A DNA stretch of 64,000 nt from Eledone cirrhosa (taxonomy: Eukaryota). Of this stretch, positions 13,040 to 25,317 are shown piece after piece (position 1 is the stretch's first letter; every line of letters starts with the position of its first letter). The position numbers and the translations under genes are program-made. The DNA is taken from assembly GCA_964016885.1 (NCBI GenBank), contig OZ024745.1, positions 102,114,001 to 102,178,000 on the forward strand, read 5' to 3'. Under the pieces are notes generated by a model that did no database searches, was not told where the DNA came from, and saw only the letters and a program-made list of their open reading frames with translations.

Positions 13040-14060
13040 TAATTCTTCTTCGCCTACTTACTCCTGAGAGGATTGTCAGGGCAGAGTCCTCAAAGACTTC
13101 TTTCAGCGGGTCCTGTCAGAAGTAACTGGCTCCAACTGATCTGGCTGGTTCCCCAATCGAGACCAGCCAAGCTCCTGGATGTTATCCATCTTGCTCAGGG
13201 TCTACACCTGGGTCTCTTGCTGGTTGGTTTTGCCTGTAAAACCTCTCCAGTGATTCTTTCCTGACACATTCTAACCACTTGCCCATAATATCGGAACTGT
13301 GATCTCTCCAGACAAAATCACTATGACACAATGTTTGACAAGACTGAACTTTTGAATTACAGATTCAATCTATCCAACAGGCTTCTGCACAGTCTCTGTC
13401 TATCTATTTGTATTCACAAGGTTTTGATCACTCCAAAAGATGCTTGCCCAATATCGCATGGCAGTGGGATCAAATTAAGGACCTTGCTGTGAAGCAAACT
13501 TCTTAATTACTTACCCATGTCACATCCCCACACACTCACAACACTCACAGGTTGTAAAAATGTATGTATAAACTGCAGATATGTACAACAGTAAACATGC
13601 AACATCATGTTTGTGTTTCATGTTCCTACACATAGATGTTTATATATATATATATATATATGCTTAGACATATATATATATGCATGAGTTGAACAGGTCC
13701 TTTCAAGCTGTCTACTTTTTTCTGTTTCCAGGGGACAGAGGATTATATGTCCAAATTATATCATAACACTATTTTTCATAGTTAACAGCTTCAATACACG
13801 TTTTTGATTAAGTCAACTCCAACTTCGCCCACTTATTCCTGTGAAGGTCGTGGGGCATATTTCCTTAGATACTTCTTCCAGCGGGTCCTACTGGATCCCC
13901 AAGTGAGACCAGCCAAGTCCATGGTTGTTATCCAACCATCTTGCTTGGTGTCTACCCCTGGGTCTCCTGCTGGTTGGTTTGGCCCATAAAATATGTCCAG
14001 CGATTCTTTCCTGAGACATTCTAACTTCATGTCTATAGTATCAGAGCAGTATCTCTCTCA
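13040..14060 (-). pseudogene. Two degenerate RTE-type LINE 3' fragments (~13040-13320 and ~13830-14060)
   Basis: Minus strand encodes a decayed GRPR(C/T)RW-like C-terminal motif; the two segments resemble each other. Confidence 0.5.
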
Positions 14061-14208
14061 GTTCATTTATGTTTTGCCATTCATATATATTATTATTAGC
14101 ACAGAATAAATATTCGCTCTACAGGTTTATATTTACTTTATATATACAACCCATATTGAGTTCTCTTTGGATCTTGGTCTTTGTATTTATTATATATATA
14201 TATATATA

Positions 14209-14560
14209 AGCAAAGGGATATTTAATTTGTTTGTTGGTAATTCAACAAATATATATATTTATAACTGATTCAAAGCACTCAACAGATTTTCTGGAGTATA
14301 ATATCAATGATATTAATAAATGGAAACTATATTTATAAAACCATATTTATTCTATTATATATATTTCAAGGGTACCTGTGGTATGCTCTCATTAGATAAA
14401 ATACAAAGTTTGTTTTATAAATAGTGACATATCCAGGAAGGAGATCTTAATGGTTCAAGTTTATCCAGGAAAAACTTGAACCGTTAAGATCTCCTTCCTG
14501 GATATGTCACTATTTATAAAACAAACTTTGTATTTTATCTGATGAGAGCATACCAAAGTA
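14209..14560 (-). mobile_element. Short PLE-derived fold-back element; arms 14379-14462 / 14472-14555; mutated hammerhead at 14348-14403
   Basis: Near-perfect ~84-bp inverted repeat. Minus hammerhead TATTTTAT-CTAATGA-stemII-GAAA-TATATA-TA-ATAGAATA. Homologous to 53215-53380. Confidence 0.75.
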
Positions 14561-14569
14561 TTTACTATG

Positions 14570-14820
14570 TGTGCTGGGTGCTTTTTGTCATGACAAGAAG
14601 CACCCAGCACACACAGTAAATTGGTTGTGTAGGAGCCATGACAAAAAGCAGCCAGCACACACTGTAAATGGGGTCGTCATTAAGAAGGGCTAGAAATCTA
14701 GCCAACAACTTCTATATGAGCAAGACACGGTCACCTGACCCAACTTGCCTCAAATGGGACAGCCCATCTAACCCATGCTAGCATGGAAAGTGGACATTAA
14801 ACAAGGATGATGATGATGAT
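14570..14820 (+). mobile_element. 5'-truncated RTE 3'-UTR/tail copy
   Basis: GCACCCAGCACAC...CTAACCCATGCTAGCATGGAAAGTGGACATTAAAC then (GAT)n, as in the LINE tail. Similar tails at 19906-20093, 24209-24260, 43975-44025, 51240-51405, 60131-60168 and 63845-63900. Confidence 0.8.
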
Positions 14821-14824
14821 ATTA

Positions 14825-15325
14825 AGTTGTAGCACATAAGTTTGCTTCTTATTTGGTATAAATTATTCAACAAATAAACAATGCAGTATCTTTCTTAATG
14901 ACTTTTGATACCAGTCTGCTTGAAACTGATTCTGGTTGTCATACATAAATCACTGTTTTTAGGAGCTCATTAATAATACAAGAATATTTAGTTATGTTCC
15001 AAAGAATAATAATTGAAATATATAATAATTGAAATATAATAATTGAAATAATAATTAAAATATATAAACAGTATTTTCTTCAAAATGTTGGTAACAAAAA
15101 CATTAAATCTCCACAATGGTGTAAATGTATGCAGGAATCTAATACTTTAAACTTAAAAAAAAAGCAAAGAGTCATTGCCACAGCAGTGATAGGAAATCTT
15201 CTATATGTTTGTGATGAATAGTTCTTACAGAGAAGGAAATGTTGTCAGTTGACTATATCTAGATTTATGATTTTCAAGTTTCATGACGATATGTTGATAA
15301 CATCACTTAGAAATAGTTTATTTAT
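14825..15325 (-). repeat. Inverted duplicate of ~17135-17645
   Basis: For example GTCAGTTGACTATATCTAGATTTATGA is the reverse complement of TCATAAATCTAGATATAGTCAACTGAC, and TAGCACATAAGT mirrors ACTTATGTGCTA. Confidence 0.85.
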
Positions 15326-15755
15326 AATTGTTTGAAAGCTTCAAAACTTTATCGTTTCATCAACCATTGTCACTTGAAACAAACTTGAAAAATTTATAAT
15401 AATAATAATAATAAAAATATGGCATAGAGAATGTTTATCTGCAGGGTGAAATACAAGAAATCCAATAATATGAAGGAATGAACGCATATAGAACTCTTTA
15501 ATTATGTGAGATTTGAATATTGTACAGAAATATGTGGAACTGGAGAGGCACATCTTTCTCTCTCTCTTTATATATATATATAGAGAGAGAGAGAGTGAGG
15601 GGAAGACTTTCAGTGGATGTTAACTATACTTTATCCCTTAATTGAATCTATACCATGTTAGATTTTCCATTATCTATTACAGCTGTAGTGTTTCAACCTC
15701 ACGGACACTATTGCTGCTGATATATGTTTGTCACAGCAGTGTCTCTTTAACTATA

Positions 15756-16030
15756 TATTCTATTCTATTCTAAGGCGGGTAAAATTCCCGAGATCCATGG
15801 ACGAGTTCTCTCCAGCGGTCTCTGTCCCTCATTATCGCTGCCATGTCCTGCATCTCCAATAGACCAGTGTCTGTCCTTAGGGCATCAACATACGTTAACC
15901 TTGGTCTTCCTCTTCTAATGTGTCCATGTAGGGGCTCCCAAAGGAGCACTGAGTGCAATGTCAACTCTGGATGTCGGTGAGCATGTCCAGCTAACCTCAG
16001 TCTCCTCTGTGTCACTTTTGAGAAGAAATA
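15756..16030 (-). pseudogene. 3' fragment of a second RTE-group LINE family with (TAGAA)n tail
   Basis: RRLRLAGHAHRH...LLWEP..G...RGRPRLTYVD...MRDRDRWR C-terminal signature; the stop codon runs straight into (TAGAA)n. Confidence 0.8.
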
Positions 16031-16214
16031 CACAGTACTTTGACAAATCATAAAATATACATTTCTAGCACTGGCACAAAGGCCACCGTTTGTTAATAGT
16101 AGGACCAAACCTGAAACCATGCTGCCATACCTGCACCTGTGTTTTTGTTTTTTTCTTTTACAGTTTCTCTAGTGATTAGACAATTATTTTATTATACTGC
16201 TTTTGTTCCCTTAA

Positions 16215-16422
16215 CCTTTTAACATTTAAACTAGCTGTATCTGGTCAGAATTCTTTCATTTCTTTCTGTTCAAACCAGCCATAACTGGGTACTCATACTT
16301 ATATTAAGGTATTGTTCTCAAAATAAATAATATCAAAATCTCATAGATTCGATATTATGTGCGATAAAGAGTTTACCATGGAAATACAATAATAAATATA
16401 GAATAATGTAAATGCTAAAGGG
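16215..16422 (+). mobile_element. piggyBac-derived MITE
   Basis: TTAA TSDs (16211-14, 16423-26); ends CCTTTTAACATT...AATGCTAAAGGG; body resembles the 5' end of 22857-23959. Confidence 0.85.
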
Positions 16423-18211
16423 TTAATATATCTAATTTGTATATGGCAATTTATTTCTAAGTTTAATAAGGTGTTCTCTTTTTGTGAAAGTTTGTAAGAA
16501 AACAGATTAAGAAATATATTATTGAAGGTTTCATTATAAAGAAGGCTTCATTATGAAAATGATCATGTATCTTTTCTCAGTGCTTCTATATCTGGAGTTC
16601 TTGTGATTTTTTATTTGATTATTAATACTGCTATCTGCTTTACACATCTACCAACTCTCATTCCACCCAACTGTGAACAAATCAACAATTCTTTATTCAC
16701 AGTTCCTCTGCCTTCATTACTTTCATAGCTGAGGTCTTTATAACACAATATATCTGAGGTTCTTATGTGTTTTTGTTTGTTTCATCATGTAACTCAGAAT
16801 ACAAGTTTATCTTTTGTCTGTTTCATCAGGGAGGGAAAGACCCTTTTAAGGACCTGAATGACTGATGGGTGGGAGAAAGACATTCTCAAACCAGAAGCCT
16901 AGTTTAAACTCTTACAATACAGTGGACTCCATTAAAGGTACCCAAGTAACAGCTGGGTGACAGATTAAGTCTACCATTAAAATAAGACACATCAGTCTTT
17001 GAACTCAGGATGTAAGTTTATGTTATATCTGTTTCATCAGGGAGGAAAAGACCATTTTTAGGGCTCGAATGACTGATGGGCGGGAGAAACATATTCTCAA
17101 ACCAGACGTCTGGTCTAAATATGTACAATAAAGTGAACTTAGAAATAAACTATTTCTAAATGATGTTATCAACATATTATCATCATGAAACTTGACAAAT
17201 CATAAATCTAGATATAGTCAACTGACCACATTTCTTTCTCTTTAAGAACTATCCATCAGAAACATATAGTAGATTTCCTGGCACTGCTGTGGCAATGATT
17301 CTTTTTTTTTCAAGTTAAGTATTAAATTCCTGCATATATTTACACTATTGTGAGATTTAATGCTTTTGTTACCAAATATTGAAAAAAATAGTTTATATAT
17401 AAGTTAGTTATATCAAATTTTAAAATATATTTTAAAATTTGATATAAATAAAATAACTAACTTTTACCTTATCTAGTTAATGTTATTTAGTTAATATAAA
17501 TATGAGCTCTTTAAAACAGAGAGATTTATGTGACAACCAGAGTCAATTTCAGGCAGACTTGTATCAAAAAACATTAACAAAAATACATAATTGTTTATTT
17601 GATAGACAATCTACATCAAATAAGAATCATACTTATGTGCTAAAACTAATAAACTATATAGATAAGATCTATTTTCAGAACCATTGAGTTACAAATTTTG
17701 AATAATAAGTTAACAAATGACTGATAAGTTTCAAAAAACCAGTACAATTTGTTAGAAATATATAAAAAAGCAAAGGATGACAAATATAAAACAAAACAAT
17801 ATAATGCTTTTACTCAGTATATTTCAGGACTATAACCCTCTTTTCAAATGTGAAATGGAAATGATTCAAAGCAAAAACGAATGCTTGATGTGTTCTTCCT
17901 TAACTGGTCTATGTGTCTGAAATATGCATGTATGAAGTTGTTATAGTAATCAATCTGCTCTGTGCATTTCCAATCTATTATTTATCTGTTGATAATTTTT
18001 TCTTGTTGATGATAATACCCTCTTTGATTCTTAAATTACCCACATTCCTTTCCGTCACATCTATGGTGACCACAATAACAACAACAACATTTCTCTGTTC
18101 TTTTCTTTTACATAAGGATGTTAAATTATGTAATTCTATCTGAGATGCCATCTCTCATCCTCTATATTGTGCATCATCTAACTGAATCTATTGTAATTCT
18201 TACTAAGAACC

Positions 18212-18276
<65 letters not shown>

Positions 18277-18277
<1 letters not shown>

Positions 18278-18973
18278 CTTTAATAATAATAACAGTGTTG
18301 CTATTATTAGGTATATACTTAACCAGAAGGTTTAAAGCTCAATACAGTAGGGTACATGCAGGGCTTATATATAAAGAATAATAAACACCAAAGACTCGAT
18401 ATGCAAATTTCCACAACAATCTGTCCACCATTTAAAAATATTTTTCTGCTTACAAGATCTTAAGAGTTGATATGTGTTTCATTAATATAGTATGTCATTG
18501 ACCCATTTATACTGCTTCGTAACTATTCAATATAATAGAATGAACCCTATTTGAATAATAGAATGAACTCTATAGATAATGAACACAATCACAAGGATAT
18601 GGTCCGAACGTGAAAGAGCTGAACTCCCACTGTCATCGCTTCCATCTCTCTCGCCCTCCCCATCTATCTGTATGGTGAGCAAATGGGGTCCCACGTGCTG
18701 GCATCCCCACAGACCCAGCGGACAGAATGGAGAAGGCGTTTCCCAGGAAGATGGTAAGGGAGATGCGCTGGAAGAGACATGTTGTCAAAGTAACACATGT
18801 TTTAACCGATAGAGATTCATCCCAATTCATAATGGAACCTTAGATAAAAACTCTTTCTTCTTAAGAAAATTCTAAGATTCCTGATATTACCATCTCATAT
18901 CTTCGGAATGAATCTCTATCAGATGAAATACATGTTAGTTTTACAATATATCAACTCTTTGGTGTTTATTATT

Positions 18974-18978
<5 letters not shown>
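18277..18978 (-). mobile_element. TA-inserted decayed non-LTR fragment (CRE-like C-terminus) with short inverted repeat
   Basis: Minus ORF contains CLFQRISLTIFLGNAFSIL, resembling the FQRxSxxxxxGNAxxI motif of CRE-type RLE elements; ATAAAGAATAATAAACACCAAAGA (~18371-18394) is inverted at ~18956-18979; (TA)n on both sides. Confidence 0.5.
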
Positions 18979-19011
<33 letters not shown>

Positions 19012-19014
<3 letters not shown>

Positions 19015-19214
19015 GGCGTGTGGCTGAGTGGTTAGAGAATTGGATTCGCAATCGTAAGGTTGTGAGTTCGATTCCTGGACCAGGCGATGCAAGACACTTT
19101 ATTTCACGTTGCTCCTTCTACCTGGAGTTGCGACCGATAGATAGTATTAGCAATTGGAAAGACCAACGGAAACATTGTTCCCTTGGTCCGATTTGACGAA
19201 AGTCGATCGTTCCT
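19012..19214 (+). mobile_element. tRNA-headed SINE with a structured non-RTE tail; second partial copy on minus at ~44037-44190
   Basis: A box TGGCTGAGTGGTTAG, B box GAGTTCGATTCC; flanked by (TA)n; tail nearly identical to 44037-44140. Confidence 0.85.
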
Positions 19215-19237
19215 CTATATATATATATATATATATG

Positions 19238-19649
19238 TAGGAGGTGAGTTTTATTGTAGTACAATAAAGCAATGCAGATATCGGATAAGAAGCACTCTAC
19301 AGTTTGTAGGACTGGAGTATACATAATATAAGATCAAAAGATGGTTAAAGGAGTTCCATGTATTTTATTATGCGCATTTCAAAAACAAACATCATCATGC
19401 AATAATATTTGTGTTTTCATCAGATAAAACAGGAGAACATGATATGAAGGCTAAAAAACACTTGTGGATAGTGCAGTTGATATGTTGATTTAAAACTGCA
19501 CTATCCACAAGTGTTTTTTAGCCTTCATATCATGTTCTCCTGTTTTATTTGATGAAAACACAAATATTATTGCATGATGATGTTTGTTTTTGAAATGCGC
19601 ATAATAAAATACATGGAACTCCTTTAACCATCTTTTGATCTTATATTAT
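19238..19649 (-). mobile_element. Short PLE-derived fold-back element in (TA)n; ~156-bp arms 19323-19478 / 19494-19649
   Basis: Arms are exact reverse complements apart from one position I noticed, in the ribozyme core. Confidence 0.85.
19361..19431 (-). ncRNA. Type I minimal hammerhead ribozyme (intact core)
   Basis: TGTTTTAT-CTGATGA-AAACACAAAT...GTTTGTTTTT-GAAA-TGCGCA-TA/ATAAAATA: stems I and II, palindromic stem III, AUA cleavage triplet. Confidence 0.8.
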
Positions 19650-19692
19650 ATATATATAGGAAAACGTGTGAAATCCTTGGTACAGTTAGGTA

Positions 19693-19858
19693 TATTTAAA
19701 AAAAAGGAAAAGAATGACTTCACTTGTAGTTTTAAACAATTTAATTTAATTTTATATTATAATTATACAATTTGCCAAATTGTAAGATTATATTATTATA
19801 AAATTAGATTAAATTGTTTATAACTACAAGTGAAGTCATTCTTTTCCTTTTTTTAAAT
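19693..19858. repeat. ~80-bp-arm palindrome next to a TA tract
   Basis: AAAAGGAAAAGAATGACTTCACTTGTAGTT is inverted as AACTACAAGTGAAGTCATTCTTTTCCTTTT. Confidence 0.85.
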
Positions 19859-20212
19859 GTGTATATATGTTTACCTTTTACATACATATATATATATATA
19901 TATATTAAAAACCTCCCAGCCCCACACTGTAAATGTGGTTGGTGTTAGGAAGGGCATCCAACTGTAGAAAACCCGCCAGACAGTCCTATGCGAGCAAGAC
20001 AACCACTCTTGCCTCAAGTGGGAAAACCCCCGTCCAAACCCATGCAAGCGTGGAACACGGATGCTAAACCTGATGATGATGATGATGATGATAATGTGTG
20101 TGTGTATACATATATATATGTGTATATAATGTGTGTGTGTGGTTCAGTAGATTTGTGGTTTACTGATGTGTATAATCAAAGACCTTAATGTGAAACTTCA
20201 CTTTGTTTTTAA

Positions 20213-20262
<50 letters not shown>

Positions 20263-22856
20263 TATACATTGGATGGTTACGATATTCATTTCTAAATTTG
20301 GCAGAATTACCACATCTTTGGTAGATAAAATCTACCATATGACTTGTCTGATAGTTTATATTATTGACCTCCAGAAGGATGGAAGCAAAATTGACTTGAG
20401 CAGAATTTGAACTCAGAAGGTAAATGAATGCAACTATATAATACAAAGCCTTTTTTGTTCCACCCTCTGTTTATTTTACCATCCACTGCCGTGCTGACTA
20501 TATCTTTTTTAAATCATGGTCATCTTTGATCAAGCAAACCTATGGTTAACCATGACTATCTCATCTTTTTATATACCCAAGGTCAAAATTGTCTTTCATC
20601 TCTTTGAGATAAATAAAGTACCAGTCATGGATTAATGGAATTGTGAGAGCATCAGACAAAATGCCTTGTGGTATTTTTTTTTTTTTTTTTAAACATTCTG
20701 AATGGTATATTTAATCTGCTGTCTGGCTTAACACCACCTCTTGGTCCTGGTGTGTACAAATTAGTGTTCACTCTGTTGCAAGTATTCAAACCAGGTCCCT
20801 AGTTTGAATATAACTTCCTCCCTCATTAGAGGCCTTGAAAAATATAGGGACATGGGTGCCGCCTTTTTCTCATTGACTAAACAGTAAAAGATAATCCTGA
20901 ACTACATCAGTGAATATATCATTTTGTTTGGAATATGATAGAGTGTAATTTGAGTGAGATTTAGCTATTATTTCTATCGGGTTGAACAATCATATATAGG
21001 CTCCTTTGTTGGTTCATTTACAATATTGTTTATCTTGCATTTTTTTCCTTTTACAACTTGAAAAAATAAAATTGAATAAAATAACTATATCTACAAGTGA
21101 TTGTATGCTATAGTGTTTTAGCTAGTTTACTAATGTAGATGTTGTAAATAGTTATTCCCAAGTTAACTTTTGAAAGTGGTTTCTCAAAGTTTCTTATTCA
21201 AAATACACCATTTAAAATATTCATGTATTAGATGTTTAACGGTTATGACTAAATTCACTTCAGTTTACTATTCCTACTCATTCAATTTTATCACTTAAAA
21301 CGTTAGAGTTAGTCTGTATCTTATGCACTTTAGTGAAGTCTATGAAATAATGGGAAAATTCTGTTGCTGAGAAAGAGAAAACATTTATTTAGCTTAATTA
21401 TCCTCCTTTCGAGTGACTGGTTAAAAGTTGCTTTGCTTTTCGTGTAGAAAATGACCAAAGAATGCTTTTAAATAACCTCCATTTTTCAAAAAGCCAAATT
21501 TGCTTTCTTCTTTACTAGATATCTCATGTTTGAAAGTTGTTTTTCAGCATAAGAAAGCTATAAGTTGAGATTAGATGCAAAAACATATTTTCATTAAAAA
21601 TATTTAAATCAAATGGCTAAATGTTACATGAGTAGAAACATGTTTTTCATCAAAAACTATCCAAATATCAATTGGATATTTATTTATCTTTAACACCTAT
21701 TTTTATTTTCTTATCCCTGTATATGACATCAATTTATCACAGCAACTTCTTATATGATCTTTTCTACTATTCCAGTTTTTAAAATGCTTGTAAAACAATT
21801 TTTTTAAAAATTATTTACCATTTTTATTTATTCATTTATTTATTTGTATTTAGGGTTTTGTATTATTTTTCTCTGTTGGCTTGATTTTACTTTTTCTGCA
21901 AAACCTTTTATGTATTTTTGAAGTAAATATGCTGTAGTTTTTAATAACATAAAGTGTATATTTTCACTTAAAATAATTGTTATATAATGTTCCCAAGATA
22001 GCCAATTGACAGAATCAAAAGAGTATTGCATTAAATGCTTCACCATATTTGTTCTAGCTTTAAGCACTCTGATTTAAGTCAGAATTGTCTGTCATCCTTT
22101 TGAGGTCAACAAATGAAATGCCAGCATAGGGTGTTGGATAATTGTTAGGCTGTCGGGCATGATGCCTTGTAGAATCTTTTTCAGCCGTTTGTATTCTGAG
22201 CTCACCCGTGACATCATTGGTGCCTAGCTGTAGCAGCCATTGTCTTTCTCTTGGACAACATTAGTCTCATTGAAATGGGGAGATTTGTATGTATGGTCAA
22301 CTACTGTTTTTCACAAAATTAACTCTTCCTAGGTCTAACATATTGAAGATGAACTTTCCAGGTGTAGATCTATTTTCAATTCAATATATTTGGCAGAAAA
22401 TAAAACATAGATGCCATGTAAGGAGGGGAGAGGGGCAAAATTTACACAGTTGGAAACACAGTGGTCCAACACCGGTCCAGTTTCACCTTGAATTGTTGCG
22501 TGGTTAGCGCGTTGACTACTTCCAGGGTCCAGAGATGTGGATCGAGAAAGCAGCTTTCCATCTATTTAGGCGAAAGCGGCAGTGAAATAGCTTTTTGTCA
22601 TGTCCACGTAGACCCCTTTCAAGTGCCGGAGTGAATAGATCTATTGTCTGACAAGACTTACAGATTAAGTTCCAGAATGTCCTTAGCATTGGTCTAGTTC
22701 ATGATCTAAAATTCAGTCACCTTGATTAATAGGTGCAGGCATGGTTAAGAAGTTAACTTTGCAATCCTATGGTTTTAGGTTTGATCCAACTGCATGTACA
22801 ATACCTTGGGGAAGTGTCTTCTATTATATAAACCCTGAGGTCAACTTAAACCTTAA

Positions 22857-23959
22857 CCCTTTAGTGTTCAAACCACCCCAAACCGGGCACAATTATTTCC
22901 CCTTCATTTGTTCAATCCGGCCGAAACCAGCCAATAACACCCACACTAAAATATCGTTCTAAAAATAAACAATACCATCATCAAAATCTTGTCAATTTGA
23001 GATTACTGCGAGATTAGGCCTTTACCACGAAAATTAACTCTTAACATAGTGAAACAACTTGAAACAACACGTGTTTTTTTAACGTTGAAAGTACAAGAGA
23101 TTTTTTGTTTGTATCAACATGGCTTATGAAAGTAGCGATACCGACTTTGAAGGTTTTACACACAACGACATTCAAAACGAACAAGAACCAAAAGATAATA
23201 TTAGTGATTTATCTTCAAATGAATCAGATGTTTACATTTCTGAAATTTCATTCGACGATGATTGTTGTTTTGAAAGTGAAAACGAAGGAGATCTCCAGGA
23301 TGCCATTGAAAATATTACAGCAACGAGGTTGAAAAATACCACACCAATAGATGTTCCCGATTTTATTCAAAATACTGGTCCACAACACACATTAGCTCCT
23401 GATGCTAAAGCACTGGATTATTTCTTTTTGTTTTTACCACAAACTTTCTTCGAAGTTGTGGCAGAAGAGATTAATCGATATGCCCAACAACAGATTTCAA
23501 ATCAAGGAAAATCCGGTCTGTTATGGCGACCGACAGATGCTGCGGAAATGCAAGCATTTTTTACCGTAAATATTATGTTTGGTATAAAACAATTTCCAAC
23601 ACTGTGGAATTACTGGAGCACTGATATAAGGTTTAGTGATCCTTATATATCAAGTATTATGCTGAAAACAAGGTATTTAAAATTAAACCAGTATTTGCAC
23701 CTGGTTGATACTTCAAATGCCCCTATTAATTAATTTCACCTGCCCATAAAAGTCAAATTTAACCAAAAAAATCAGGTAAAATTATATAATTGTAAATTAT
23801 TGATATTTAAATATCTACTGACAAAATTTCAAGCCTGCACATAGAAAATTAAGAAAATTACAAACAAATAAAATTGATAACCCTCTTGAGTACGATTAAC
23901 TGAAAATAATGTGAATAGAAAAACATGACATTTGACAAATTAATGTGAATGCTTAAGGG
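22857..23959 (+). mobile_element. Internally deleted piggyBac transposon
   Basis: TTAA TSDs (22853-56, 23960-63), CCCTT...AAGGG termini, truncated transposase ORF. Confidence 0.88.
23119..23733 (+). pseudogene. piggyBac (PGBD4-like) transposase N-terminal half, truncated before the DDD catalytic core
   Basis: Acidic N-terminus (SDTDFEGF), ALDYFFLF...EINRYAQQ, WRPTDAAEMQAF, YWSTD...MLKTRYLKLNQYLHL. Confidence 0.85.
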
Positions 23960-24558
23960 TTAAAATTGAAATTAAGTACCAGCTGTGTTACAGCCTGGAG
24001 AGCAATGGGCTATGCTAGGTTTGTGGAAACCTATTATTAGAGGATTATCTACCTATTATTAGGTGGTAATCCTAATTCACTGCCCAGAGAGCCTTTGGTA
24101 GATTCAACTTTGCAGCAAGCATTTGAACTAGTATTCCAGTCTGAGGATAACAGTCTCAGAGGCTCTGAAATAGTCTGGGCACTATTTCTCCTCTTTACTA
24201 TACCATAACATCATCATCATCATCATCGTTTAACGTCCATCTTCCACACTAGCATGGGTCAACATATATATGTATTTTTTTAAATTTTAATTTCTGTAAT
24301 CAATTCACTAGTACTTTCATTAAAACAGTAGAAAGGATAACTGAAGTGGTGAACAACTTTCACTGAACTGCTGCCTTCTGCTTTTGTTTTATAAGCTTTG
24401 TCTGTAAAATGTCAGTAAAAATATAACTTAGAATCAGGTTAGACTATTTAAATATCTTAGCTAGAAACATATTCTGAGCAAAGAAGACAAGTAATTTTAT
24501 TTTTGAATCATCTACTCAGCTGTTGAAATAACACATCAAAAATGTATTTTAATATCAA

Positions 24559-24747
24559 CCCTTTAGCATTTACATTACTCTAGTGTTTTCACAGTAAACA
24601 CTTTATCTCATATAATATTGAATCTATGAGATGTTGATATTATTTATTTTGAAAATAGCATAAGTATGAGCAGCCAGCTATGGCCACTTTGAATAAAAAG
24701 AGGTCAGAGAATTCTGGCCGGATAAGGCCGGCTTAAATACTAAAAGG
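24559..24747 (-). mobile_element. piggyBac-derived MITE
   Basis: CCCTTTAGCATT...AATACTAAAAGG+TTAA; reverse copy of 16215-16422. Confidence 0.8.
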
Positions 24748-25317
24748 TTAAAATATAAAATATTCCTGGGATGACATGCAGAGGGATCCTTTAAATAATG
24801 AACATTCAGTTGATCAGTCAACTAAACTACATACTCATTAATCTAACATGCAAATGACTGGCTCATGTAGTTTTAATTTAATTCTCAGATCACAAAATCA
24901 ACTTCGCAAAATATATAACAAGGCTGGACATTTAAATTACAGGTACAATCCATCTGATAGGCTTCCACACAGTTTCTGTATATCAAATTTCATTTACAGA
25001 TTGGGTTGATCCAAGTCTATGGTAAAAGACACTTGCTGAAGATGCCACACATTGGGATAAAACCCAAGACCTCATGATTGTTAAACAAACATCTTAACCA
25101 TTTGGTTATGCCAACTATAATAGTGTAACTGTCAGAAATGAAAGACTATTGTATTAAATTCCTTGTGGTAATAAACCCTTTATAGTGTTTTGTCTTTTTC
25201 TCCATTTCTCCATTCCATATTCAAATCTAGAGTCAATAGAATAAATACAGCCAACATATTAGGGATAAATTCAATCAACTGTACCTTAGACACACACACA
25301 TACATATACATACACAT

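Noticed and set aside
17029-17100. Hammerhead in the duplicated block (CTGATGAAAC on minus; CTGATGG...GAAAC on plus)
   Set aside because: No stem II or stem III can be formed.
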